Of a stretch of DNA of 32,000 bases, positions 23,740 through 32,000 are shown one piece after another. Below the pieces are notes generated by a model, which did no database searches, was not told the origin of the DNA, and saw nothing but the letters and a program-made list of their open reading frames with translations. Both the position numbers and the translations under genes were made by a program. Each line of letters starts with the position of its first letter. The stretch's first letter is position 1. Origin of the DNA: an archaeon (GTDB lineage: Archaea > Asgardarchaeota > Thorarchaeia > Thorarchaeales > Thorarchaeaceae). The stretch is from assembly GCA_024275415.1 (NCBI GenBank), contig JAJRZD010000025.1:1-32000 (forward strand). The letters run 5' to 3'.

Positions 23740-26430
23740 CTATTCATTCCGTTTCCGAGAGATGATGCAACCCAATACCACAGCCACAAGCACCATGGCC
23801 AACATGATTGCTAGGACCAGATAGTTTGGGCCTGTAGGGAGTGTTGTGGGTTCTGTTGTATCAGTACCGCTTGTGCCGTTTGTAGTGGTAGATGTAGTCC
23901 CTGATGTCGTGGTTGTCGATGACCCAGAGTCCGATACCAGATAGGAGTAATCCTGAGAAACAGCAATATTCCCGACAGTGTCATTGGCATGTATCCGGAA
24001 GGTCACAAGTGTACCATTCTGTAATTGAGGGATTGTCGCCCCATACACTCCACCGGTCAACGACATGGTCAGATTGACCCAGTGTGTTCCGTTGAAGTAC
24101 TCAAGAATAACAGTGTCAACACCGCTCAGGTCATTGACAGCGACCTCGATGAGTACAGTGTCCGTCGAATCCGGATTTGCAGGATTGATGACTGGAGTAC
24201 CAATGGTCGGTGCGGTCGTATCGGGAACAGGTGTGACTTGCTGAACGGCTGCGTAAGCATCCAATTTACCATATCCCCATATTGCATTGGGTGTGCCAGA
24301 TGTGAACTGGTCATCGAGTGCTGTAGCCTTGATGACATTAGCGATGTCCGAGCCACTGGTGGAATTCACCTGTAACATCAATGCGGCAGTTCCAGCAACA
24401 TGGGGACCTGATGCACTAGTCCCACTGAAGAGCTGGTATGAGCCGAACCTCCCCGAGAAGGGCAACGCGCCATATGCGTTATACCACGTATACCATAGGG
24501 ATTCATTGCTGTAATCAGTGATGATGTCATAACCACCAGGGGCTGCGATTCCTTGTTTCAATACCCCATCAATTCGAGGGCCTCGTGATGAGAAACTAGC
24601 AATGTCCCCGATTGTACCAGCTGACACCAAGTCGCGCACTCTGTATGATGCGACACTCAGTGCACTATCGGCCGTGGATGGCCATGTTATCTCATAATCA
24701 TTTGAGATGTCTGTTTTCCATACTGCGCCTCCAGTCCACGAGCTCTTGTCATCAGAAATATAGCAATGGAACGTTGTGTTTTGAGGTGTTGTTACGTTCA
24801 CCTGGTTAAAAGGTGGGCCATTGGGAGCGCTTGTATCAGGAAGTCCAACAGTTGGCGCATAGATATGAATGCCAAGCATCCTTGTTGATCGAGATGAGGT
24901 AGAGATGAACGACTCAACGTATAGCGTATTCGGACCGAGTACAATGGGTGGCTCAAGTACGAAGTTCTGGTAGCCTGAGCCGGGATGAAGGTATATGGTC
25001 TGAAGTCCTCCACCCCATGCAGCCATGTTCATAATCACGCTGAAATTGGATAGGCTGAAATCGGTATTATTCACCGACAGTATAGTGATATATACATCCT
25101 CGATTTTCGGATCCTGATTAGGAACGTGGAAGTCCACCTGTTGGGCTGCGTTTGCAGAGGTTCGAAGCAATGCGTGTTTGTCCTTACCTCCCAGATTGCC
25201 GCTTGGGACAATGACGGGGACGCCCGATGAAACGATTGTGTCAATTAGGGTTTCTGCAGCAGAGCTTCCATCGAGGTACTGATACGTCCATGACCCAATC
25301 TCGATGAGAATAACGTCAGCGCCGTGGTTGTATGCCCATGTCAGTCCCTCTTCTACTGTCAGCCAATCATTGCTGTTTCCTAGGACTTTAATCATCATGA
25401 GTTCCGCATCAGGGGCTACACCGACATACTTCCGGTAGCCCAGTTGCCCGCCAAGCAAGATGCCTGAAACAGCAGTGCCGTGACCGTCTGTGTCTTTGTG
25501 TGTGCTAGAAGTAAGATTCGTACTCCGATCCCAAACCCGAATGTTCCTTGAAGGAGTCCCATCTGCCTCCACGATATATTTAGTCTTGGGAGTGTTCAGC
25601 ATCACTAGCTTCTCACCCACATCCAACAAATCATTCGAGTTCGTATCGTTGACCACAAAGAAGGGCTCACCGAGGTCGTACACACCGTTTTGTGTCACAT
25701 TATCAACCCAGAGCCAGTCGGTTGTAGCATTCATGTTACCATCGGCATCTAGGTCAAGGATGTAGAATACCTCATCAGCAGACATAGAGCCGTTGCCGTC
25801 GAGGTCGACGTAATCACTCCCATTCGTCGGTACAGAATCTGGAAATACATCTACCCAGTCATAGGTGGAACCATTGGCGAACCAGAAATCGGGATGTGTC
25901 CAGTCAATACCCGAATCAAGGTCTGCGATAACTATCCCTTTTCCGGTCACGGATCTATTCAGGCTATCCAATGTCTGCCAGACAAGCGAAGCATTGATCT
26001 CTGGAATTGAAACGTCGCGTGCTGCTTCACTATGAGTGCTGGTAGTTTGGGGAGCAATGAAAGTAAATTCAAATGAGGTCATGAAGAGAGCGATGGCATC
26101 CCGATCCCCTCGGATCAAGTAGTAATTGCCCAAGCGGCTTGAAGATGGTGTTCCGAAGCTAAAGCGAATTCCAATCGAAGCCAAATCACGTACAGCTCCT
26201 TCACTAAGTGAATCCCCAAAACTTACGACCAAGGGGATATCTGAACCGAATTGACTTGACAGTGCATCAATGTCAAGATCAATCATCGGACTACTATTGT
26301 AGGATGTCCCTTCATCAGGCACAACATAGGGGACTATCCAGAAAGAGGAAAGTAATATTGTGGCGCATAGTAGGATGGATATTCTCCTCAAGGTGAAAAC
26401 CTCCAATGGTGACATGGACAGGATATACAT
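23740..26430 (-). CDS. Secreted membrane-anchored S8 subtilase, paralogue of 10933-14109 (896 aa)
   Basis: IADLDSG, DTDGHGTAVS, PSGNLGG, FSGTSASGPHVAG; Ig-like domain, Ser/Thr linker, TM YLVLAIMLAMVLVAVVLGCII plus SRKR; many N-x-S/T sequons. Confidence 0.93.
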   Translation of the reverse strand: MYILSMSPLEVFTLRRISILLCATILLSSFWIVPYVVPDEGTSYNSSPMIDLDIDALSSQFGSDIPLVVSFGDSLSEGAVRDLASIGIRFSFGTPSSSRLGNYYLIRGDRDAIALFMTSFEFTFIAPQTTSTHSEAARDVSIPEINASLVWQTLDSLNRSVTGKGIVIADLDSGIDWTHPDFWFANGSTYDWVDVFPDSVPTNGSDYVDLDGNGSMSADEVFYILDLDADGNMNATTDWLWVDNVTQNGVYDLGEPFFVVNDTNSNDLLDVGEKLVMLNTPKTKYIVEADGTPSRNIRVWDRSTNLTSSTHKDTDGHGTAVSGILLGGQLGYRKYVGVAPDAELMMIKVLGNSNDWLTVEEGLTWAYNHGADVILIEIGSWTYQYLDGSSAAETLIDTIVSSGVPVIVPSGNLGGKDKHALLRTSANAAQQVDFHVPNQDPKIEDVYITILSVNNTDFSLSNFSVIMNMAAWGGGLQTIYLHPGSGYQNFVLEPPIVLGPNTLYVESFISTSSRSTRMLGIHIYAPTVGLPDTSAPNGPPFNQVNVTTPQNTTFHCYISDDKSSWTGGAVWKTDISNDYEITWPSTADSALSVASYRVRDLVSAGTIGDIASFSSRGPRIDGVLKQGIAAPGGYDIITDYSNESLWYTWYNAYGALPFSGRFGSYQLFSGTSASGPHVAGTAALMLQVNSTSGSDIANVIKATALDDQFTSGTPNAIWGYGKLDAYAAVQQVTPVPDTTAPTIGTPVINPANPDSTDTVLIEVAVNDLSGVDTVILEYFNGTHWVNLTMSLTGGVYGATIPQLQNGTLVTFRIHANDTVGNIAVSQDYSYLVSDSGSSTTTTSGTTSTTTNGTSGTDTTEPTTLPTGPNYLVLAIMLAMVLVAVVLGCIISRKRNE

Positions 26431-26445
26431 GTACCCCAGAGAAGA

Positions 26446-27864
26446 TTAATCTACTGGCTGTTTGTCTGCCGGATCAATTTCGAGTTCATCCCCGAGATTC
26501 GCATCCAGTACATCTGCTCGTAGTCCGATAGACGGACTGGGAACATTGTCAAGCAACTGGTAGTACCCAATATCCTCATCATCCCTACTCAGCTTTTGAC
26601 CCTCATACAAGGAGGTTCCTCCACTGACAAGATAGGCAATTGACACACAAAGAGCCAACGGGATGACAAGGTCAAACGAATGGCTCATCTCGAGCATCAT
26701 CACTGTGGTAGCGACAGGCGTATTAGTTGTTGCAGCTAATACAGCACCCATACCAAGAACCATGAATGCCCCGACCTCTTCGGGATAGAATACCTCTCCG
26801 AAGATTGCACCGAGCATAGCACCGACAAAGAGCGATGATGCAAGCACACCCCCAGAAACCCTTCCAGCAACTACTGAGGATGAAGCGAAAAGCTTCCCAA
26901 AAAGTAGGATGATTAGGACATATATCGGAACAGTCGATGTGGCAAGATTATTAATGACTTCGTAACCCATGCCTGCAATGGTGAGGTCAGGAGAGAGAAG
27001 AAGCCCCGTGATAAAGATGAATATGCAGGCGAACAGTGCTCCTGCGATGGGGTCAAGCCAGTCTGGGAGCTTCAATGTGAAGAGGTTCCGTGTAATCATG
27101 AGGACGAGAGCGAAGATGATCGAGAGCAGCCCTGAAACAATGCCGAACAAGACCAATAGGGGAAGGACATCAAGGGTCAGGATAAAGCTTGCACCAAATT
27201 CAAGAATTGGGTCGATTCCCATCACCAGCGCATACATAATGTATGAAGTCAATGCGGCAATTACAGTCGGAACGAAATATCCAAGTCGAGCGTCGCGACG
27301 ATAGGGAGCTTCCGTTGCGAACAGAGCACCTCCAAGTGGTGCCTTGTAGATTCCTGCTGTTGCAGCGGCAGAACCCATCATAAGTAAGACACGGAGATGC
27401 GACGGTTCATGTATGCCAAGTCGCCTGCCGACAGAGTTGCCAATCGAGGCACCAATGAGTACGGCGGGACCCTCACGACCGACCGGGTTTCCAGACCCGA
27501 TTGATATCGAGGTCGCAAGAAGTTTTGTCACTGCTGTCTTGCTCTTGAACTTCCCCGGAGTATGAGTCATCTCAATTGCCTTCGAAATACCACTGCCCTG
27601 AATCTCGTGTCGTCCAAGATATATCAAGATACCAGAGAACGCACCACCTATCATCGGAGTGATGTACTGCGGGAACGTACTGAATCCATCTGCAAGTGTG
27701 ATAATCAGAATCTGAAGGACTATCATCGCAAGACCTGACAGGATTCCGATGAGAATGGCTATGGGCACATAGAGCCTGTAGAAGTGTCCAAAATGTGAAA
27801 AATGAAAGATATCCCTGAGAGGGGTCACCTTGGCCTCTGATTCGTGGGACTCCTTCGAGTTCAA
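26446..27864 (-). CDS. ClC-family chloride channel/transporter without CBS domains (~472 aa)
   Basis: GSGIS, GREGP, APLGGALFATE, GGVLAS, GTSLYE. The likely start is the TTG at 27864 after GGAGG. Confidence 0.92.
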   Translation of the reverse strand: MNSKESHESEAKVTPLRDIFHFSHFGHFYRLYVPIAILIGILSGLAMIVLQILIITLADGFSTFPQYITPMIGGAFSGILIYLGRHEIQGSGISKAIEMTHTPGKFKSKTAVTKLLATSISIGSGNPVGREGPAVLIGASIGNSVGRRLGIHEPSHLRVLLMMGSAAATAGIYKAPLGGALFATEAPYRRDARLGYFVPTVIAALTSYIMYALVMGIDPILEFGASFILTLDVLPLLVLFGIVSGLLSIIFALVLMITRNLFTLKLPDWLDPIAGALFACIFIFITGLLLSPDLTIAGMGYEVINNLATSTVPIYVLIILLFGKLFASSSVVAGRVSGGVLASSLFVGAMLGAIFGEVFYPEEVGAFMVLGMGAVLAATTNTPVATTVMMLEMSHSFDLVIPLALCVSIAYLVSGGTSLYEGQKLSRDDEDIGYYQLLDNVPSPSIGLRADVLDANLGDELEIDPADKQPVD

Positions 27865-27982
27865 CAGACTGCCTCCAGTTGTGAAACAATGCCATGGAAT
27901 AAAACCCTTTGGCGTTGAAACCTTTCGACCAGTTACAGCAGATTTATCATCGCACATCTATAGACTGGAATGGGGTTGTTCC

Positions 27983-28456
27983 ATGGCTCGTGGCTCTGAT
28001 GATGAAAAGGACTCGTCAAACCTAGAGCTATCACTGGAAGAAGTCCAGCACAGGCTGAACGAAATATCAAAAAGATTGGAGAGAGTAGAAACACTCATCG
28101 AACGGCTGGGGCCTGGCATCGAGGAGATAAGTGACTCTGCTAAAGTTATCCGTGAAGGCTTTGAGTTCTATGATGGCATGGTCAGGTTGATGTCAAAGTT
28201 CACCAGAGCAGAGCGTCTTGAATCAAGATATGGAGACCTCAAGAAGGATCAGATTGCATGGTTAATCATCAAGATACTGGACGCAAATCAGCCACTGAAC
28301 ATCAGCCAATTGACCGCAGCAGTCCGATCCGAAAGAGGGACTGCCTCACGCAGGATCGTCCGTGAGAGAGTCAACTCATTGCTCAAACGAGGGATCCTCA
28401 TGGTGATTGACGACGAGGATGGACGGGCACGCTATTTCACTCTCGCGCCAAGTTGA
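27983..28456 (+). CDS. Coiled-coil plus winged-helix putative transcription regulator (157 aa)
   Basis: Heptads LEEVQHRLNEISKRLERVETL; wHTH-like PLNISQLTAAVR...SRRIVRERVNSLLKRGIL. Start at ATG 27983, divergent from the ClC gene. Confidence 0.8.
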   Translation: MARGSDDEKDSSNLELSLEEVQHRLNEISKRLERVETLIERLGPGIEEISDSAKVIREGFEFYDGMVRLMSKFTRAERLESRYGDLKKDQIAWLIIKILDANQPLNISQLTAAVRSERGTASRRIVRERVNSLLKRGILMVIDDEDGRARYFTLAPS

Positions 28457-28523
28457 GTTTAAGCTATCTATATCAGACAACGCCTTTTTTAGGGTGATTC
28501 AATGCTCGTACACGGAGATCGCA

Positions 28524-29858
28524 ATGCTTGACGAAGCCGTGGATTTGCTTCAGAAGATGATTCGTAATAAATGCGTCAACCCACCGGGGGGAGAGATGAG
28601 AAACATCCTTACTGTCAGCGAGTACCTTGACAAATACGATGTCCCCTACGAAGTATTCGAGCCGACACCCGAAAGAGGGAATTTATTCGCTGAGATAACG
28701 GGCTCTGGGGGACGGCCGAGTCTGATGTTTGGTCCTTCACATGTGGATGTGGTTCCAGTAAACGACGAGAACAAGTGGGTCGTCCCACCGTTCGAGGGAG
28801 TCGTGAGGGACGGCTGTGTTTGGGGACGAGGTGCGTTGGATATGCTCTACTTCGTTGCAGCCCAGGCCGTGGTCTTTGCCAATCTACATTGTGAGGGATT
28901 TCAACCAAGAGGAACTCTCAAGCTTCTCATCGTGGCGGATGAAGAGTCAGCAGGCACAGTAGGTGCGAAGTGGATGGTGAACAACTATCCGGACAAGGTG
29001 CAGGTGGACTATCTGATAACCGAACAAGGGGGCGAACCTATTGAGAAAGACAAGATGGCGTATTGGATTGGTGAGAAAGGGATTGCATGGACACGCATCA
29101 CTTTCAGGGGCGAAGAGCAACATGGGAGCGCACCATACAAGAGCAACAATGCAGTTGTCAAGATGGCAGAAGCAATCAAAAGATTGACCGAGTATCAGCC
29201 GCCAAGGGACACGCAATTCATCAAGCCATTGATAGAAAGGCTCAACATCAGTTCATTGATGAAGAAGCTTGCGACCAGCACAAGCACCTTGCCGCGATTA
29301 TTGGACAGACTTAGCAATGACAATATGGGGATGGCAAGGTTCCTCCACGCACTCAGCCAGATGACAATATCACCGAATATTGCCAATGGCGGAACAAAAG
29401 TGAACGTTATCCCAAGCGAAGCTAGGATAGATGTGGACATCAGACTTCTCCCCGGACAGGACGAGAAGTATGCACACACACAAATTCGAAAGGCACTTGG
29501 TAATCTGGCACATGAAGCCGAGATAGACATAGTTCCAGCAGAAGAGGGAGGCGACACGCATCCAGGAACTTCAAGTGATGCTGAAACTCCCCTTGTCGAT
29601 ACGATGCGAGAGGTCGCAAAAGAACTGAAGGGAAGCCATATCGAGCTTGTACCAATGCTGTCAACTGGTGCCACGGATGCTAGGTTCTTCAGAGATGCCT
29701 TCGGGACACAGGCCTATGGATTTGCAATATCAGATGATGCGTTTGACCTCCAGACCATTCAGTCTCTGTTTCATGGTGACAATGAAAGAGTATCAATCGG
29801 TCAGATCGAGATGACATTGAAAGCATATCACGCTATCGCGACAAGATTCCTTTCCTGA
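28524..29858 (+). CDS. M20/M25/M40-family metallopeptidase (ArgE/DapE-like, 444 aa)
   Basis: SHVDVVP, GRGALDM, ADEE, EQGG, HGSAP, GATDARFF, FHGDNER; ATG at 28524 after GGAG. Confidence 0.93.
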   Translation: MLDEAVDLLQKMIRNKCVNPPGGEMRNILTVSEYLDKYDVPYEVFEPTPERGNLFAEITGSGGRPSLMFGPSHVDVVPVNDENKWVVPPFEGVVRDGCVWGRGALDMLYFVAAQAVVFANLHCEGFQPRGTLKLLIVADEESAGTVGAKWMVNNYPDKVQVDYLITEQGGEPIEKDKMAYWIGEKGIAWTRITFRGEEQHGSAPYKSNNAVVKMAEAIKRLTEYQPPRDTQFIKPLIERLNISSLMKKLATSTSTLPRLLDRLSNDNMGMARFLHALSQMTISPNIANGGTKVNVIPSEARIDVDIRLLPGQDEKYAHTQIRKALGNLAHEAEIDIVPAEEGGDTHPGTSSDAETPLVDTMREVAKELKGSHIELVPMLSTGATDARFFRDAFGTQAYGFAISDDAFDLQTIQSLFHGDNERVSIGQIEMTLKAYHAIATRFLS

Positions 29859-29924
29859 AGTGGTCACTTTTTCCCACATCGCTAATATCCAGTGACCATA
29901 CTACATTAGTATTGGTGATAGGTA

Positions 29925-30317
29925 ATGAACGACGAATCAAATGACGTACCCAAAAAAGAGAAAGAGCACAAACCCACAGCTTCAGAGGATGCCGAGGAGT
30001 TACGTGAGATTGCCAAGGCACTTCCCGAGCTTTTTGATGCCCTCAACGAATCAATCCCGAAGATGATAAGTGGGATAATCGGAAGTGTGTATAGTCCAGA
30101 GGCCGCTGGTAATATGGGCTCGGCAGTCGGTGAGTTCTATTCGAAGCTGATCCAAGGGGGAATCCCGGAGGACGCAGCACTTGAGATGACAAAAAAATTC
30201 GTTGGAGCCCTTGACTTTGACAAGATCATCAGAATGGTGACAAGCGAAGTCGAAACTAATACATCAAAGAAGAAACGAAATAGAGATGATGAGTTAGACG
30301 ACAAGGATGATGATTAG
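29925..30317 (+). CDS. Conserved-looking helical hypothetical protein (130 aa)
   Basis: GGTGA upstream; motif AVGEFYSKLIQGGIPEDAALEMTKKF; acidic tail. Confidence 0.8.
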   Translation: MNDESNDVPKKEKEHKPTASEDAEELREIAKALPELFDALNESIPKMISGIIGSVYSPEAAGNMGSAVGEFYSKLIQGGIPEDAALEMTKKFVGALDFDKIIRMVTSEVETNTSKKKRNRDDELDDKDDD

Positions 30318-30319
30318 TC

Positions 30320-30580
30320 ATGCGGGCTCGCGCAGTCGGGTCATTGATTTGGACGACTTTCACTGGCACAACAAAGCTTGTTACGCGATTATATCTCGCT
30401 CTACGTCATTGTAGGAACATAGTAAAGAAGGGGAAAAAAGTATTCTACAATTCACTCATTGAATCAGGACTTCCTAGAAGCCTCGCAAATGATATCGCAC
30501 GAACTTACGCGCAATCAGGACTTGAACTGCTCAAGGTCAGAAGGATCATAAGAATAGCAAGGGATGCAGCGGATTTCTAG
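30320..30580 (+). CDS. Small basic hypothetical protein (86 aa), apparent distant paralogue of the upstream gene
   Basis: Starts 2 nt after the upstream stop; motif VFYNSLIESGLPRSLANDIARTY. Confidence 0.7.
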   Translation: MRARAVGSLIWTTFTGTTKLVTRLYLALRHCRNIVKKGKKVFYNSLIESGLPRSLANDIARTYAQSGLELLKVRRIIRIARDAADF

Positions 30581-30606
30581 CGCTGCACCTTACTCATCTT
30601 TGACGG

Positions 30607-31077
30607 CTATATGATAATGATTGGGCATTCAGTCCCTTCGACCACTCGTTCGGTTGCACTTCCCATATCCAAACGCTTGCCAGACTTTGGACCCCGAGAA
30701 CCCATCACCACAAGGTCGATATCCTTGTCATTCGTATGAAAGGCGATTCTTTCAGAAGGCCTACCTTCGTCAAGGATTATCTCCACATTCAGGTCGTACT
30801 TCTCAGCCGCCTTCTTGTAGCCCTCTAGAAGCCGTTGCCCATTCGCGATGTATTTCCGCTTGATGTCCTCTACATCAGTGTCAGTCATGAGAGCTATATG
30901 CTGAACTGATGGAAGCGGAACTACATGGATTATGTATAATGTCGAACCGGTCATCTCAGCCACCTCATATGCCACCGTAGCAGCTCTGCCAGCACGATCA
31001 CTCCCATCGACCGCAAGAAGGACTCGCTTTGACCTACAGAATATCCGCCCGGGTTCACAATAGAAAATGTTTTCCAT
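30607..31077 (-). CDS. Universal stress protein (UspA family)
   Basis: RVLLAVDGS, YIIHVV, DLVVMGSRG...MGSATERVV...CPIIII. Confidence 0.92.
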   Translation of the reverse strand: MENIFYCEPGRIFCRSKRVLLAVDGSDRAGRAATVAYEVAEMTGSTLYIIHVVPLPSVQHIALMTDTDVEDIKRKYIANGQRLLEGYKKAAEKYDLNVEIILDEGRPSERIAFHTNDKDIDLVVMGSRGPKSGKRLDMGSATERVVEGTECPIIII

Positions 31078-31295
31078 GATTTACAATAGTGAATTGTGGC
31101 TAAAGAAGTTAATGCTATGCGAGCTAGGACACAAAGAGCACTTTCGGACTACTTGTCCAATGATGTAACTTCTATAGATAGGACTCTTGGCAAGGCATAC
31201 GTAGACATATGTGAACGATAATCTTGCCTCTGAAACAGAGGTTGGAACGGAAGTTTCTAAAACAGGTTCTTTAGACTCTGAGTCAGGTGAATATC

Positions 31296-32000
31296 ATGGA
31301 TCCAAAGGACGCTGCAGCAAATGCTCTGCAATATGTACTAGAAGCTCGTCAGGGAGAATCAATCCTCATAGTGACAGATGATATACGAGAAGATATAGGT
31401 TCAGTCTTTGCTGAAGGGGCTCTTAATCTAGGTCTCTGGACAAGGATGCTTGTGCTTGAAACTGGCGAGAACAAATTCAGAACTGACCCACCCCCAGAAC
31501 TTGTTGAGATGATCAATTCACCTCATCAACCGGACATATTCATCAACACTCTGAGAGGTCCGGCTCAAGAAACACCCTTCCGCATCAGCATCATCAAGCT
31601 TGAAACGAGAAAGGGACGCTCTCGACTGGGACACTGTCCGGGAATCACAATGGACATGCTAACTGAGGGTGCGCTTGCATTGACGAAAGAAGAGCATACG
31701 ACAATGCAGGAAATGGCACGGGGGCTTCTGAACATACTGCGCGATACTGAAACAATCCATGTCACCTCACCATCAGGTAGCGACTTCACATTCAGCGTCA
31801 ATGGACGTACATGGTTCTCTGACACATATCTCAATTGGAAAGACATGAAATGGATGAACCTTCCCACAGGCGAGGTCATCGTGGGCCCTGTCGAAACGTC
31901 GATGGAAGGGACATTAGTCTGCGACCTTGCGGTTGGTGGTATAGGGCCTCTGCAAAGCCCTGTGACCATCATCACTGAGAAAGGGAAAGTGACTTCAATT
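31296..32000 (+). CDS. M29-family (thermophilic metallo-) aminopeptidase, 3' end beyond the window; absent from the ORF track
   Basis: ATG at 31296 after CAGGTGA. Hand translation MDPKDAAANALQYVLEARQGESILIVTD...HCPGITMDML...IHVTSPSGSDFTFSV...NLPTGEVIVGPVETSMEGTLVCD. Confidence 0.88.
   Translation, partial: MDPKDAAANALQYVLEARQGESILIVTDDIREDIGSVFAEGALNLGLWTRMLVLETGENKFRTDPPPELVEMINSPHQPDIFINTLRGPAQETPFRISIIKLETRKGRSRLGHCPGITMDMLTEGALALTKEEHTTMQEMARGLLNILRDTETIHVTSPSGSDFTFSVNGRTWFSDTYLNWKDMKWMNLPTGEVIVGPVETSMEGTLVCDLAVGGIGPLQSPVTIITEKGKVTSI

Noticed and set aside
23850-23935. Thr/Ser-rich low-complexity stretch as a DNA tandem repeat
   Set aside because: It is an ordinary protein linker with varied codons, not a repeat array.
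31117-31221. 34-aa ORF MRARTQRALSDYLSNDVTSIDRTLGKAYVDICER between the usp and M29 genes
   Set aside because: No RBS, no TM helix and no motif; the length is compatible with chance.
1-32000. CRISPR arrays, IS elements/integrases, rRNA or tRNA genes
   Set aside because: No spaced direct repeats, transposase motifs or RNA-gene signatures were seen, and intergenic gaps are short.

Overview
This is a gene-dense archaeal window, most consistent with an Asgard archaeon, probably Thorarchaeota-like. That assignment is an inference from a TPR-longin fusion, GGAGG/GAGGTG ribosome-binding sites, TTAATA-type boxes and the gene repertoire. About 26 CDSs are supported. The window is dominated by proteolysis: four large signal-peptide S8 subtilases (three with a visible C-terminal membrane anchor; the fourth is cut by the window edge), an M20 peptidase and an M29 aminopeptidase. 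Other genes are ogt, serC with a DUF1015 gene, a ClC transporter, UspA, a TFS/RpoM-like zinc-ribbon protein and several hypotheticals. The strongest leads are: (1) a membrane-anchored subtilase with the domain order of eukaryotic Site-1 protease (SKI-1/MBTPS1); (2) a ~130-nt multibranch RNA structure in the 5' leader of a >1550-aa pyrolysin-like protease that the ORF track misses; (3) a DUF1015-serC pair that may form a serine kinase route; (4) a flavoprotein gene broken by one in-frame TAA; (5) an unannotated 52-aa membrane protein. No tRNA, rRNA, CRISPR array or transposase was seen. All family calls come from reading motifs by eye, and comparisons to known proteins are from memory and need database confirmation.
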